Assembly (NCBI GenBank): GCA_963700145.1
Contig: OY969474.1
Location: 5,184,001 to 5,248,000 of the forward strand
Direction of reading: 5' to 3'
DNA from: an uncultured Acidobacteriota bacterium
GTDB taxonomy: Bacteria; Acidobacteriota; Thermoanaerobaculia; Multivoradales; UBA5704
Length of the DNA stretch: 64,000 bases
Made by a program: the position numbers and the translations under genes. Position 1 is the stretch's first letter, and each line of letters begins with the position of its first letter. Below, in pieces: positions 17,738-26,714 of the stretch. The notes under the pieces are model-generated. The model was not told where the DNA came from, made no database searches, and worked only from the letters and a program-made list of their open reading frames with translations.

Positions 17738-20652
17738 GGCGCCGCCGCCAGCCGCAGGGCGCCGGGCGCGAGCGGCCGCGCCTCCTCGGCAGGGGCGGCG
17801 AACAGCTCGGGGTGATGCTTCCACTTGCGGTAGAAGAGGTCGAAGTTGTCGGCGAAGCTGTGGTTGCGCTGGCGGTTGTGGTGGACCACCGCGACCTGCC
17901 CGGCATAGAGGCAGCGGAAGCCCCGCCGCCGCGCCTTCAGGCAGAAGTCCACGTCCTCCATCTGGCTGCCGACGTAGACCTCGTCGAAGCCGCCGACCGC
18001 GCGCACGACGTGGCGGCGCACCAGCAGCAGCGTCGAGGGGAGCCACGGCACCTCGGCGAGGTAGTCGTACTGCCCCTGGTCGGGCGCGCCGAGCCCGCGC
18101 GGCGCCGGCCGCCAGCGGCGGTTGAAGTAGGGGTCGGCGCAGAAGATCGTCCCCTGGCCGTTGAGGATCTTCGGGGCGACCAGGTCGGCCTCCCGCTCGT
18201 GGAGGGCGGCGAGGAGGAGGTCGAACGTGTCGGGCGCCACGACCTCGACGTCGTCGTCGAGGTAGCAAACGTAGGGGCGGGCGCCGCGCGCCGAGCCCTC
18301 GTTCCGATTGGCGGCGCTGCTCTGCTGCCGCTCGATCACGTGCACGGCGTCGTCGGCGACGCCGCAGCGGGCGAGCGAGCGGAGGCAGCGCTCGAGCTGG
18401 CCGCGGGAGTGTCCCGGCCGCTGGCGGAAGAGCTGCAGCATCAGGTGCGGGCGGTCGTCCGGCGGCAGCGGCGGCAGTTGCAGGAGCAGGAGGTCGTGGT
18501 AGTTCCGGCGGTCGGGGCGGAAGGCGAGCTCGAGCCGCAGCTCGGCGGCGGCGGGGGCGGCGCCGCACACCGCCAGCGGGATCGAGAGGTCACGGAAGTA
18601 GAGCGACTCGCCGCGCAGCGCGTACACTCCGGCGGCGACCGGCTCGCCGGTCGAGCGGGAAACGACGCGAGCCTCCAGCGCACCGTGGAGCGACCCCTCG
18701 GAGGAGGCGACGACGACGATCCGGCTCAGCCGCCCGCAGCCGGGCGGGAGCGGCAGCGCGCAGCGGTTGCGGCCGTCGAGCTTCACCAGCACCGGCTCGA
18801 AGGCCGAGGGAGGGCGGCTGTAGGGGTAGGGGAGCTCGGCCTCGTCCTGCTCGTAGAAGGGGATCACGAAGTCGATCTCCTCCTGCCGGCCGCGCGGCTG
18901 CGGCAGCCGCCGGTAGCGGAAGGGCTGGACCTCGTTGCTCCGCGCGAGCGGCAGGCCGGCGCGCGCGATCGTCTTGTCGGCGAGCCGGCGCCACATCTCG
19001 AGCGCCCCCTCCGGCTTGAGCCAGAGGCTGGCCCGTCGGCCGTGCAGCCGGTAGTGATAGAGCACCTCGTCGAGCAGCTCGATCGAGGCCACCTCCTCGA
19101 CCTTGGTGAAGATGTCGCAGTCCTCGCCCGCGAACTTGAAGTCCGCGAACCCCTCCCACCCCGCCGTCCGCGCGTAGGCCGCGCGGCGGATCAGGTAGGG
19201 CTGGCAGTGGTTGTAGAGGTCGGTGACCATCCCGTCCTGGTAGTGGCGCGGCTCGAAGGGGAACCAGGGGTCCATCTCGACCGGCGCGCCGCTCTCGTCG
19301 ATGAACTCGCGGCGCGCGCGCACGATCCCGCACCACGGCCGGCTGCGCGCGCCGGCGAGGAACCGCTCGACGGCCTCGGCGGCAAGCACGTCGTCGTCGT
19401 CGAGGGGGAGGATGAACTCCCCGCCGGCGCGCTCGCTGAGCAGCCGGCGGGCGCGCGCGATCCCGCGGTTGGGCTCGAAGTGGACCGCGATCCGCGGGTG
19501 GTCCAGGGCCGCGAGCCGCTCGAGGATGCGGCGCGAGAGGTCGTCGCCGCCGTCCCAGAGCAGCGACAGCCGCCAGTCGGTCGAGGTCTGGTGGAGCGCC
19601 GACTCGACGCAAGGGATGAGGAAGCTCCCCTTGAAGACCGGCGTCTCGACCGAGACGGCGCCGGGCTCGACCGTGCCGATCTCTTCCATCCGCGCCCGCC
19701 AGGCGAGGAGCCGCTCGGCGAACGCCTCGATCTCCGCCTCCTGCTCCGCCGGCGGCAGGAGCGAGAGGTCGAGGTGCCGGAGGTCCGCGACGCGGAAGGG
19801 CGGCAGCGGCCCCTGCGCGTTCAGCCCGACGCGGTACAGCTCGTCGACCGCGGCGCCGGTGCGCCGGGGCCAGAAGAAGCGGCCGCGGAGCTGGCAGCTC
19901 CGGCAGACTTCGAGGGCGCCGGCGCGGCGAGCGTGCTGCCCCTTGCGCAGCAGGATCCGCTCCGGCGTGTCGGCGAAGAGGTTGCCGAGGTCGATTCCCT
20001 CGGCGCCGCCGTCGCGCGGGCAGAAGCGGACCGCGCCTGCGGCGTCGAGCGTCACGGTGTTGCCATAGATCTGGCAGCCGGTGGGGAGCGCCGCCAGCTC
20101 GGGCGGGAGGTCGGCCGCCCCCGGCGCGGCGGGCTCGGGGAGCGTGAAGAGGGGGGAGTCGACCAGCTCCGCGGGGATGCCGTAGTCGAGGAACGAGCGC
20201 ACCCTCCGGAAGCAGGCGCCGTCAGGCTCGGCAGGCTGCCAGAAGCCGAAGCGCAGGGCGGAGGAAGGGGTGGCGAGGAGGTGCTCGGCGAGCGCCTGCA
20301 GGGCCCGCTCGGTGCGCTCGTGGCCGCCGGGAGCGGCCTGCACCAGGAGCCGTCTCGGCCCATCGTCTTCGAGCCGGGCGAGGAGCTCGCGGGTCACCTG
20401 CTCGGGCGCGAGGAGGAGATAGACCGCGCTCGGCACCGCGGCGCGCGCGGCGAGGAAGGCGAGACAGCGGTCCCCTTCGCCGCGCTCGGTGGGGAGGAAG
20501 GCGTAGAGATCGACTCCTTCCTCCTCCTGGTCAGCCGCGACCAGCCAGGCGAGCAGCGCCGCGAGGCGCGCCCGCCCTTCGGCGGCGTAGAGGCTGCGCT
20601 CGTCCGCCGCGTCGTCCGCGGCCCCCCGCCGCGGCAGCAGGATCAGGTCCAT
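17734..20652 (-). CDS. Multidomain SPASM-like + two GT2 glycosyltransferase domains, 972 aa
   Basis: CQIYGNTVTLDAAGAVRFCP...GNL...CRSC; VSVETPVFKG...PLDDDD...GEDCD; second GT2 YLDDD...GGFDE...EDVDFC. Confidence 0.8.
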   Translation of the reverse strand: MDLILLPRRGAADDAADERSLYAAEGRARLAALLAWLVAADQEEEGVDLYAFLPTERGEGDRCLAFLAARAAVPSAVYLLLAPEQVTRELLARLEDDGPRRLLVQAAPGGHERTERALQALAEHLLATPSSALRFGFWQPAEPDGACFRRVRSFLDYGIPAELVDSPLFTLPEPAAPGAADLPPELAALPTGCQIYGNTVTLDAAGAVRFCPRDGGAEGIDLGNLFADTPERILLRKGQHARRAGALEVCRSCQLRGRFFWPRRTGAAVDELYRVGLNAQGPLPPFRVADLRHLDLSLLPPAEQEAEIEAFAERLLAWRARMEEIGTVEPGAVSVETPVFKGSFLIPCVESALHQTSTDWRLSLLWDGGDDLSRRILERLAALDHPRIAVHFEPNRGIARARRLLSERAGGEFILPLDDDDVLAAEAVERFLAGARSRPWCGIVRARREFIDESGAPVEMDPWFPFEPRHYQDGMVTDLYNHCQPYLIRRAAYARTAGWEGFADFKFAGEDCDIFTKVEEVASIELLDEVLYHYRLHGRRASLWLKPEGALEMWRRLADKTIARAGLPLARSNEVQPFRYRRLPQPRGRQEEIDFVIPFYEQDEAELPYPYSRPPSAFEPVLVKLDGRNRCALPLPPGCGRLSRIVVVASSEGSLHGALEARVVSRSTGEPVAAGVYALRGESLYFRDLSIPLAVCGAAPAAAELRLELAFRPDRRNYHDLLLLQLPPLPPDDRPHLMLQLFRQRPGHSRGQLERCLRSLARCGVADDAVHVIERQQSSAANRNEGSARGARPYVCYLDDDVEVVAPDTFDLLLAALHEREADLVAPKILNGQGTIFCADPYFNRRWRPAPRGLGAPDQGQYDYLAEVPWLPSTLLLVRRHVVRAVGGFDEVYVGSQMEDVDFCLKARRRGFRCLYAGQVAVVHHNRQRNHSFADNFDLFYRKWKHHPELFAAPAEEARPLAPGALRLAAAP

Positions 20653-20662
20653 GGCGATCGCC

Positions 20663-21676
20663 TCACGCCGGCAGCCCCAGCTCGGCGAGGCTCCAGAACG
20701 GCTCGACGGCGGCCGGCGGCGGGGCCGCCTCTCCGCCGTAGAGCCGCGCGTCGCGCCGCGCCAGTCGCTCGAGCCGGCGGCGGTCGGCGGCGGCGAAGAG
20801 CGAGCGGTGGACGTCGAGCAGCAGGAGCTTCTCCCCGAGCACGCCGGAGACGTCCTCGGTCCAGACCTCCAGCTCCGCGTACGCGCGCTCGAAGCGGGAG
20901 AGGAAGTCGTCGGCGTGCAGGTAGGCGGCGGCGAAGGGGAAGTCCTCGTAGAAGTGGAAGCGGGTCGCGGGGAACCAGCCCTGCTTGAAGAAATCGAGCG
21001 CGATCTCGAAGAGCATCTTGTGGTCGGAGTGCTCGCCCATGCCGGCGGGGGCGAACAGGTCGGCGGGCGGCGCCGCGGCGAGCAGCCGGTAGAGGCTCTG
21101 CGTCAGGGCGCTGCGCAGCCGCTCCTCCGCCCGTTCCAGCCGATCCTCGGGGACGAGGCCGAGGCGGATCTCGTCGGCCGGGAAGTCGAGGCACGCCACC
21201 TCGCAGCCGGCGATGCGCGCGCAGAGCGCCGCCTCGTCGCGGCGGATCGCCGAGACGGCGTGGACGGTGTCGAAGGCCTCCGGCAGCAGCGTCGTCGCGA
21301 CCTGCGAGAAGCAGCTCACCACGGCGCAGCGCCGCCGGCCGCGCCGGTTGAGCAGGTACCCCCCCATCGACAGGAACCCGACGTGCGGGTGGGGCGACAG
21401 CACGACGACCCGTTCGCCGGCCGCCGCGGCCGCGGCGCACGCCGGCAGCGGCCGGTCCAGCCAGACGACGTACTCCAGCGCCGCCGCCGGCAGCTCCCGG
21501 CCGGGGAAGCGCTCCCGCAGGTCGCGGTAGGCCGTCCGGCCGTCGCAGGCCCGACAGAGCGGGGCGGCGTCGGCGGGGACCTCCGGCCAGGGACCGGCGC
21601 CCAGCCAGGCGCCGTCGGCGGCGAAGCCGGCGTGCGGCAGCAGGCGCGGGTAGGCGTCGGGGTGGAGCGCCTGCAC
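20663..21676 (-). CDS. PIG-L/LmbE-like deacetylase with N-terminal extension
   Basis: VVVLSPHPH, IRRDEAALCA, APAGMGEHSDH, FYEDFPF; GTG overlaps the upstream stop. Confidence 0.7.
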   Translation of the reverse strand: MQALHPDAYPRLLPHAGFAADGAWLGAGPWPEVPADAAPLCRACDGRTAYRDLRERFPGRELPAAALEYVVWLDRPLPACAAAAAAGERVVVLSPHPHVGFLSMGGYLLNRRGRRRCAVVSCFSQVATTLLPEAFDTVHAVSAIRRDEAALCARIAGCEVACLDFPADEIRLGLVPEDRLERAEERLRSALTQSLYRLLAAAPPADLFAPAGMGEHSDHKMLFEIALDFFKQGWFPATRFHFYEDFPFAAAYLHADDFLSRFERAYAELEVWTEDVSGVLGEKLLLLDVHRSLFAAADRRRLERLARRDARLYGGEAAPPPAAVEPFWSLAELGLPA

Positions 21677-23184
21677 TAGACGCTCTCGAGCAGGTGGGAG
21701 AGGTCGTGGAGGTAGACCCGGGGGTCGCGCAAGAGCGGGTCGCGCAGCAGCTCGCGCAGCTCGCCGTGCTCGGGGTGGTCCGGGGCCTGCACCGCCCGGC
21801 GAGCGTGGTCCGCGGCGGAGTAGGTCCCCCAGTTGACGAGCTGCTTGAAGCAGACGACGTCGCAGCCCAGCTTCCGCCCCAGCTCGGCGAAGGCCCGCAT
21901 CTCGCGGAAGTTGTTGGCCTGGACGACGAAGTGCAGCTCGAAGCGCGCCAGCTCGCCGGCGGCGCGCAGACCGCCGAGGAAGCGGAGGTTCGCCAGGAGC
22001 TGCGCGAAGTCGCCGCCGCGGTTGGCGGCATAGGTCGCCGGCGTCGCGGCGTCGACCGAGACGTCGACGCTGTCGACCGCGTCGTGGCAGATCGAGCGCC
22101 AGGTCTCCTCGTTCAGCAGCAGGCCGTTGGTCGAGAGGGTGATGCGCAGCCCGGGGATCGCCGCCGGGTCGAAAGTGCGCAGGAACGAGAGGTAGAGGCG
22201 GCTGCCGAAGGGATCGCCGCTGCCGGTGATGATCAGCCGCTCGGCGTCGCGCAGGTGGCGGCCGAGGACCCGCTCGTGGATGACGCTCGCCCGCTGCCGC
22301 GCCTTCCCCCGGAGCACGATGAAGTCGCCGCGGCAGGAGGGGCAGGCGAGGTTGCAGGAGCGGTCGTAGGAGAGGTTCATGATGCGCGGCCCGTGGTCGA
22401 GGCGGGTGATCCGCTCGGCGATGATCCGCCGGTGCTCGGGATGGGTGACCTCCTCGACGCGCGGCAGGGCGCGCTGCTGCAGCAGCCCGCACGTCGACTC
22501 GCAGCAGTAGGCGAAGGTGCCGTCGAGGATCGACTCGCGGACGGCGACCGCAGCGGGCGAGTTCCAGGCGCTCATCAGGTCCTGCCCGTCGAGCCGGCCG
22601 ACGCTCGTCGGCAGGAGCTGCGGGCAGCAGAGGTAGAGCTGGCCGAGGGGGTCGATCTGGGCGTACTGGAACGGCTGCGCGCAGAAGAGGCCGGCGAACT
22701 TGGCGCCGTGCTCCTCGGCCGCCGGCAGCCCGCTCACGGCCACCGCCTCGACCGGCGGCGGCAGCCCCGCCAGCAGCTCCTTGAGCCGGGCGCCGAGCGG
22801 GTCGCTCGCCGTCTCCACCTGGAGCAGGCTGTCGAGCCCGAGGCCGGCGAGGGCGCCCCGCTGCGCCGCGTCGAGGCCGGCGGCCAGCCGCTCGCCGGCC
22901 CGCGCCGCGATCCGCCCCCCCTCCTCGAGATAGCTCGCGCCCGCCCCCGCCGCGCGCTCGCCGCCCAAGTAGGCGAGGAAGGCCCCCTCCAGCGCCGCCG
23001 CCTCCAGCTCCGGCGCGTCGTTCCACCGCCGCGCGAGGAAGGCGAGCGGCGAGGACTTGCCGTCGGCGGTGCCCCGCCCGCAGACCGCGGCGAACGCTTC
23101 CTTGGCGGCGGTCAGCAGGGCCTCGGACTGGAGCGCCTGCTCAGGGTCGAGGCGCAGCGACGAGCGGAAGGTCGTCCATTCCAT
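21676..23184 (-). CDS. Radical SAM protein with SPASM/twitch-like segment N-terminal to the CxxxCxxC domain
   Basis: CAQPFQYAQIDPLGQLYLCCP...CCESTC, then CNLACPSC, GSGDPF, STNGLLL, VSVDAA. Confidence 0.85.
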   Translation of the reverse strand: MEWTTFRSSLRLDPEQALQSEALLTAAKEAFAAVCGRGTADGKSSPLAFLARRWNDAPELEAAALEGAFLAYLGGERAAGAGASYLEEGGRIAARAGERLAAGLDAAQRGALAGLGLDSLLQVETASDPLGARLKELLAGLPPPVEAVAVSGLPAAEEHGAKFAGLFCAQPFQYAQIDPLGQLYLCCPQLLPTSVGRLDGQDLMSAWNSPAAVAVRESILDGTFAYCCESTCGLLQQRALPRVEEVTHPEHRRIIAERITRLDHGPRIMNLSYDRSCNLACPSCRGDFIVLRGKARQRASVIHERVLGRHLRDAERLIITGSGDPFGSRLYLSFLRTFDPAAIPGLRITLSTNGLLLNEETWRSICHDAVDSVDVSVDAATPATYAANRGGDFAQLLANLRFLGGLRAAGELARFELHFVVQANNFREMRAFAELGRKLGCDVVCFKQLVNWGTYSAADHARRAVQAPDHPEHGELRELLRDPLLRDPRVYLHDLSHLLESV

Positions 23185-25630
23185 GACCGGTCCCCGGCCA
23201 GATCGCGAGCCCGCGCGGGGCGTCGTCCCGCTCGCGCGAGGGGCAGAAGTCGCAGCCCCGGCAGAAGTCCCGCTGCTCCCCCCGGACGTAGCCGAGGAGC
23301 TTCTCGAAGTGCATCTGCTGCAGGCTTTTCCGGCGCAGGTTGCCGTACGAGGTCTGCCGCCGGTAGTCCATGGCGCAGAGCCGCATCTCGCCGTCGGCGG
23401 AGATGAACATCAGCGAGCGGGCGATCTTGCACAGGTTGTCCTCTTCCGCGTGGTCGCGGAAGATGTCCACCGCCACCAGCGGGTCGTCGCGGTAGGCGGC
23501 GGCGAAGCCGTCGAGAGACGCCGACTTGATCTCCGCCCCCAGCAGCCCGGCCCGGTTGTTGACCGGGTGCAGCCAGATCTGCGACGGGCCGCGCGGCCGC
23601 CAGTACTCGACGAACGCCGCGACCTCGTGCTGGTTGGCGGTGCAGACGACGAAGCTGGCCTGCACCCGCACTTGCGGCCAGGCGCGGCGGCGCAGCTCGA
23701 GGATCTCCTCCAGGTTGGCGACGATGCGGTCGAAGCGTTTCAGCTTCATCACCCGCCGGTGGGTCTCGGCGGTGGCGGCGTTGAGGCTGAAGTTGAAGCT
23801 CGCCAGCCCCAGCGCGGCCAGCTCCTCGAAGCGCCGCGGGGTGAGGAGCTCGCCGTTCGTGGTCATGGCGACGAAGGCGCCGGCCTCGGCCAGCGTGCTG
23901 ACGATGCGGTCGAGCTGCGGGTGGAGTGTCGACTCGCCGATGCCGCAGAGCACGACCTGCCGCCGTTTCGGCTCCCCCCGCAGCTCGTCGGCGAGCCGCT
24001 CGACGACCTCCAGGTCGAGGTAGCGCTTGCGGTCGGGCATCACCTCGCGCGGGCAGAAGCCGCAGACCGCGTTGCAGGCCGAGGTCACCTCCAGGTCGAT
24101 CGTCACGTCGCTCAGGTCGCCGAGCGTCTGGTACTGGAAGAAGTCGGTCGAGCAGACCACCTCGGGGCCACGCTCCGCGCCGGCGAAGGCGGTGACCGCG
24201 CGCTGGAAGTTGCCGCGCAGCTGGAAGCGGCGGTCCATCCGACGCCAGGCCGGCGGGCAGAAGCGGGTCTCCAGGTTCTGGAAGTGCGCCATCGCCTCGT
24301 CGACCGCGAAGCGGAGCGTCAGGTTCTTGGTCGACAGCCGGCGCAGGTAGAGGGCCCGGTCGAGCAGGCAGGTCTCGATCCCGGCGCGGTCGAGCTTGTG
24401 GAAGAGGATCGTGTCCTCGCCCGCGCGGTGGAGGTCCTCGTCCCACTCGTACCCGTCCACCTCGGCGAGCGCCGCCCGCGCCACCGCGTAGGGCTGGGTG
24501 ATCTCCAGTGGGTCGTTGGGGATGCCGTCGATCAGGTAGCGCTGGCGTGGCGGCAGCTCCTCCGCGACCAGCCCGACGATCCGCGCGCCGGCCCGGAAGC
24601 AGCGCGCCTCGGGGTGGCGGCGGGCGGCGGCGGCGAAGACCGCCAAGGCGTCGGGCAGCAGCATGTCGTCGTCGTCGATGGTGACGACGAAGTCGCCGCC
24701 GGCCCGCTCGGCCAGGCTCCGCCGGGTCGGTCCGGTCCCCCGGTTCTCCTGCCAGGTGCAGGCGATGCGCGGGTCGGCGAAGTCGGCGAGGATGGCGCGG
24801 ATCCGGGCCGCCGCGGCGGGAGGCGGGCCGTCGACGGCGAGCAGCAGCTCCCAGTGGGGCCAGGTCTGATCGCGCACCGAGCGCACCATGTCGGCCAGGA
24901 AGTCCGGCTTGAAGACCGGGCAGACGACGCTGAAGCGCGGGAAGGGCGCCGCGGCGGTCGCCGGGTCGGCGGGCGGGGGAACGGGGAGGAAGCGGCTGCG
25001 GCTCTCCAGCCGGAGCTGTGGCGGGACGGCCGCCGCCGCGTCGCGCTGGCGGCAATCGGCGTAGTCGGCGCGCAACGCCTCCCGGCGGTGGTACACCAGC
25101 TCCCCCGCCCAGGCGCGGGAGTCGAAGCGCGGCTCGAAGCCGTTGACGACGAGCGCCGGCCGCCCCGTCGCCCCGAGCTCCCGCGCGAGCGCGAGCAGGG
25201 CGAACTCCGGCGTCCGGCAGGTCAGGGCCGCCGAGCCGCTGAGCGCGGCGCGGTCGGCGAGGCAGAGCCAGGAGGGGAGGAGAGGCGCGGCGGCCGGGCA
25301 GTCGGCGCGCTCCGCCGCCAGGCCGAGCACGCTGCGCAGGGCCGGAGTCCAGAAGGTGAGCGCCGGAGCGTCCGGCCGCGCCGCCGCCGCTGCCACGAGA
25401 AGGCGCCAGCCGCTTTCGTCGAGCGCGACCGCGTCGTCGAGGAACAGGACGCGGCGGGCCGCGCCCTCGAGGAGCCGCGAGCGGACCGCCGCGAGGTCGT
25501 CGCCCAGCCGGTAGCGGACGACCTCGCCGCAGCCCCCTTCGCCCGGGGCCGGGAGCCGCGCCGCCGGCGCGGCGCGGCCGCCGCAGCCTTCCCGCAGGAA
25601 GACGTCGATCCGCTCCGGCGCGCCGCTCAC
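23141..25630 (-). CDS. GT2 glycosyltransferase-radical SAM-SPASM fusion, about 829 aa
   Basis: FSVVCPVFK...TIDDDD; CNAVCGFC, GIGES, TTNGELL; CKIARSLMFISADGEMRLCAMD...CRGC; GTGA overlap start. Confidence 0.85.
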   Translation of the reverse strand: MSGAPERIDVFLREGCGGRAAPAARLPAPGEGGCGEVVRYRLGDDLAAVRSRLLEGAARRVLFLDDAVALDESGWRLLVAAAAARPDAPALTFWTPALRSVLGLAAERADCPAAAPLLPSWLCLADRAALSGSAALTCRTPEFALLALARELGATGRPALVVNGFEPRFDSRAWAGELVYHRREALRADYADCRQRDAAAAVPPQLRLESRSRFLPVPPPADPATAAAPFPRFSVVCPVFKPDFLADMVRSVRDQTWPHWELLLAVDGPPPAAAARIRAILADFADPRIACTWQENRGTGPTRRSLAERAGGDFVVTIDDDDMLLPDALAVFAAAARRHPEARCFRAGARIVGLVAEELPPRQRYLIDGIPNDPLEITQPYAVARAALAEVDGYEWDEDLHRAGEDTILFHKLDRAGIETCLLDRALYLRRLSTKNLTLRFAVDEAMAHFQNLETRFCPPAWRRMDRRFQLRGNFQRAVTAFAGAERGPEVVCSTDFFQYQTLGDLSDVTIDLEVTSACNAVCGFCPREVMPDRKRYLDLEVVERLADELRGEPKRRQVVLCGIGESTLHPQLDRIVSTLAEAGAFVAMTTNGELLTPRRFEELAALGLASFNFSLNAATAETHRRVMKLKRFDRIVANLEEILELRRRAWPQVRVQASFVVCTANQHEVAAFVEYWRPRGPSQIWLHPVNNRAGLLGAEIKSASLDGFAAAYRDDPLVAVDIFRDHAEEDNLCKIARSLMFISADGEMRLCAMDYRRQTSYGNLRRKSLQQMHFEKLLGYVRGEQRDFCRGCDFCPSRERDDAPRGLAIWPGTGHGMDDLPLVAAPRP

Positions 25631-26478
25631 AAAGGGGCGACCTCGCCGGCGTAATCCATCCTCTGGCGCAGGTCGTCGTGCTCCGGCATGTGCCCCCACT
25701 CCGCCTCGAAGATCCGGAAGTTGTGGAAGACGATGTCGCTCTTCTCGTCCTGCGTCTTCTCGGTGTAGGTGGCGTGCCCCAAGTGGTAGACGAAGCAGTC
25801 CTCGCGCACCACCAGGCGGTAGCCGAGCTGCCGCAACTGACAGGAGAGGGCGAGGTCCTCGAAGTAGCCGTGGCGGTAGGCGAGGCCGAAGAGTCCCACG
25901 CGCTCGAAGAGCCGGCGTTCGAGCGCCAGGCACATGCCGGTCAGGTAGGGCGCCTCGGTGATCGTCCCGGCCGGGACCGGGCGGAGGCGGTGGAACTGCC
26001 GGTCGAGGTCCGCGCCGGGGTCTTCGACCGCGTCCGGGAGCAAGCCGGCGAGCGCCGGCCGGTACTGGAAGAGGTCCGTGGGATGGTTCGACACCGGCGC
26101 CGCGGCGCCCACCCGCGGGTCGACCATCGCCTCCAGCAGCCGGAGGTCGAACTCGGGCGTGACCACCGTGTCGCTGTTGAGGAAGAAGACGTACGGCCGC
26201 CGGCCGGCGCAGAAGCCCGCGCACAGGGCCTCCTTGTAGCCCCGGTTCTCGGGCAGCGTCACCACCTCGATCGGCCGCCCGGCCCGCGCCACGAACTCGT
26301 CGACGGCGCGCCGCTCCCGCGGCCGCGACCCGTCGTCGATCAGGACGACGTGATGCCGTCTCCCGATGGCCGCGAGCAGGGCGCGCAGGCAGCGGAGGAG
26401 GACCTCGTGCTTGTTGAAGAAAGGCACGAGGATGTCCGCCTCGGGTGGAGCCGGCCGCGCCGGCCAGCGGCCGGTCAC
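25627..26478 (-). CDS. Glycosyltransferase family 2
   Basis: DILVPFFN, LIDDGS, FLNSDT, GYFEDLALS, VYHLGH. Confidence 0.9.
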   Translation of the reverse strand: MTGRWPARPAPPEADILVPFFNKHEVLLRCLRALLAAIGRRHHVVLIDDGSRPRERRAVDEFVARAGRPIEVVTLPENRGYKEALCAGFCAGRRPYVFFLNSDTVVTPEFDLRLLEAMVDPRVGAAAPVSNHPTDLFQYRPALAGLLPDAVEDPGADLDRQFHRLRPVPAGTITEAPYLTGMCLALERRLFERVGLFGLAYRHGYFEDLALSCQLRQLGYRLVVREDCFVYHLGHATYTEKTQDEKSDIVFHNFRIFEAEWGHMPEHDDLRQRMDYAGEVAPL

Positions 26479-26714
26479 TTGCCCTTGGCTTGCTGGGCCT
26501 CGAGCTGCTTCGCCAACTCCCTCATCTGCACGTGCTTGGCGATGACGACCTCGGCGAGCTTCTTCATCTGCAGGTGCTTGGCGATGACGACCTCGGCGAG
26601 CTTCTTCATCTGTACGTGCTTGGCGATGATCACCTCGGCCACTTTCTTCGACCGCAAGGCCTGGGCGCGCTCGAGAAGCTGCTCCTCGCTCAGGTACTCA
26701 CCTTTGTTGCTCAT
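26475..26714 (-). CDS. 79-aa peptide with three tandem 14-aa repeats; candidate RiPP precursor
   Basis: ATG with AGGGG RBS, overlapping both neighbours; KKVAEVIIAKHVQM / KKLAEVVIAKHLQM / KKLAEVVIAKHVQM; codons almost all end in G/C. Confidence 0.75.
   Translation of the reverse strand: MSNKGEYLSEEQLLERAQALRSKKVAEVIIAKHVQMKKLAEVVIAKHLQMKKLAEVVIAKHVQMRELAKQLEAQQAKGK
26523..26648. repeat. 42-bp tandem repeat x3 within the small peptide gene
   Basis: catctg recurs at 26523, 26565, 26607 with near-identical units. Confidence 0.95.
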
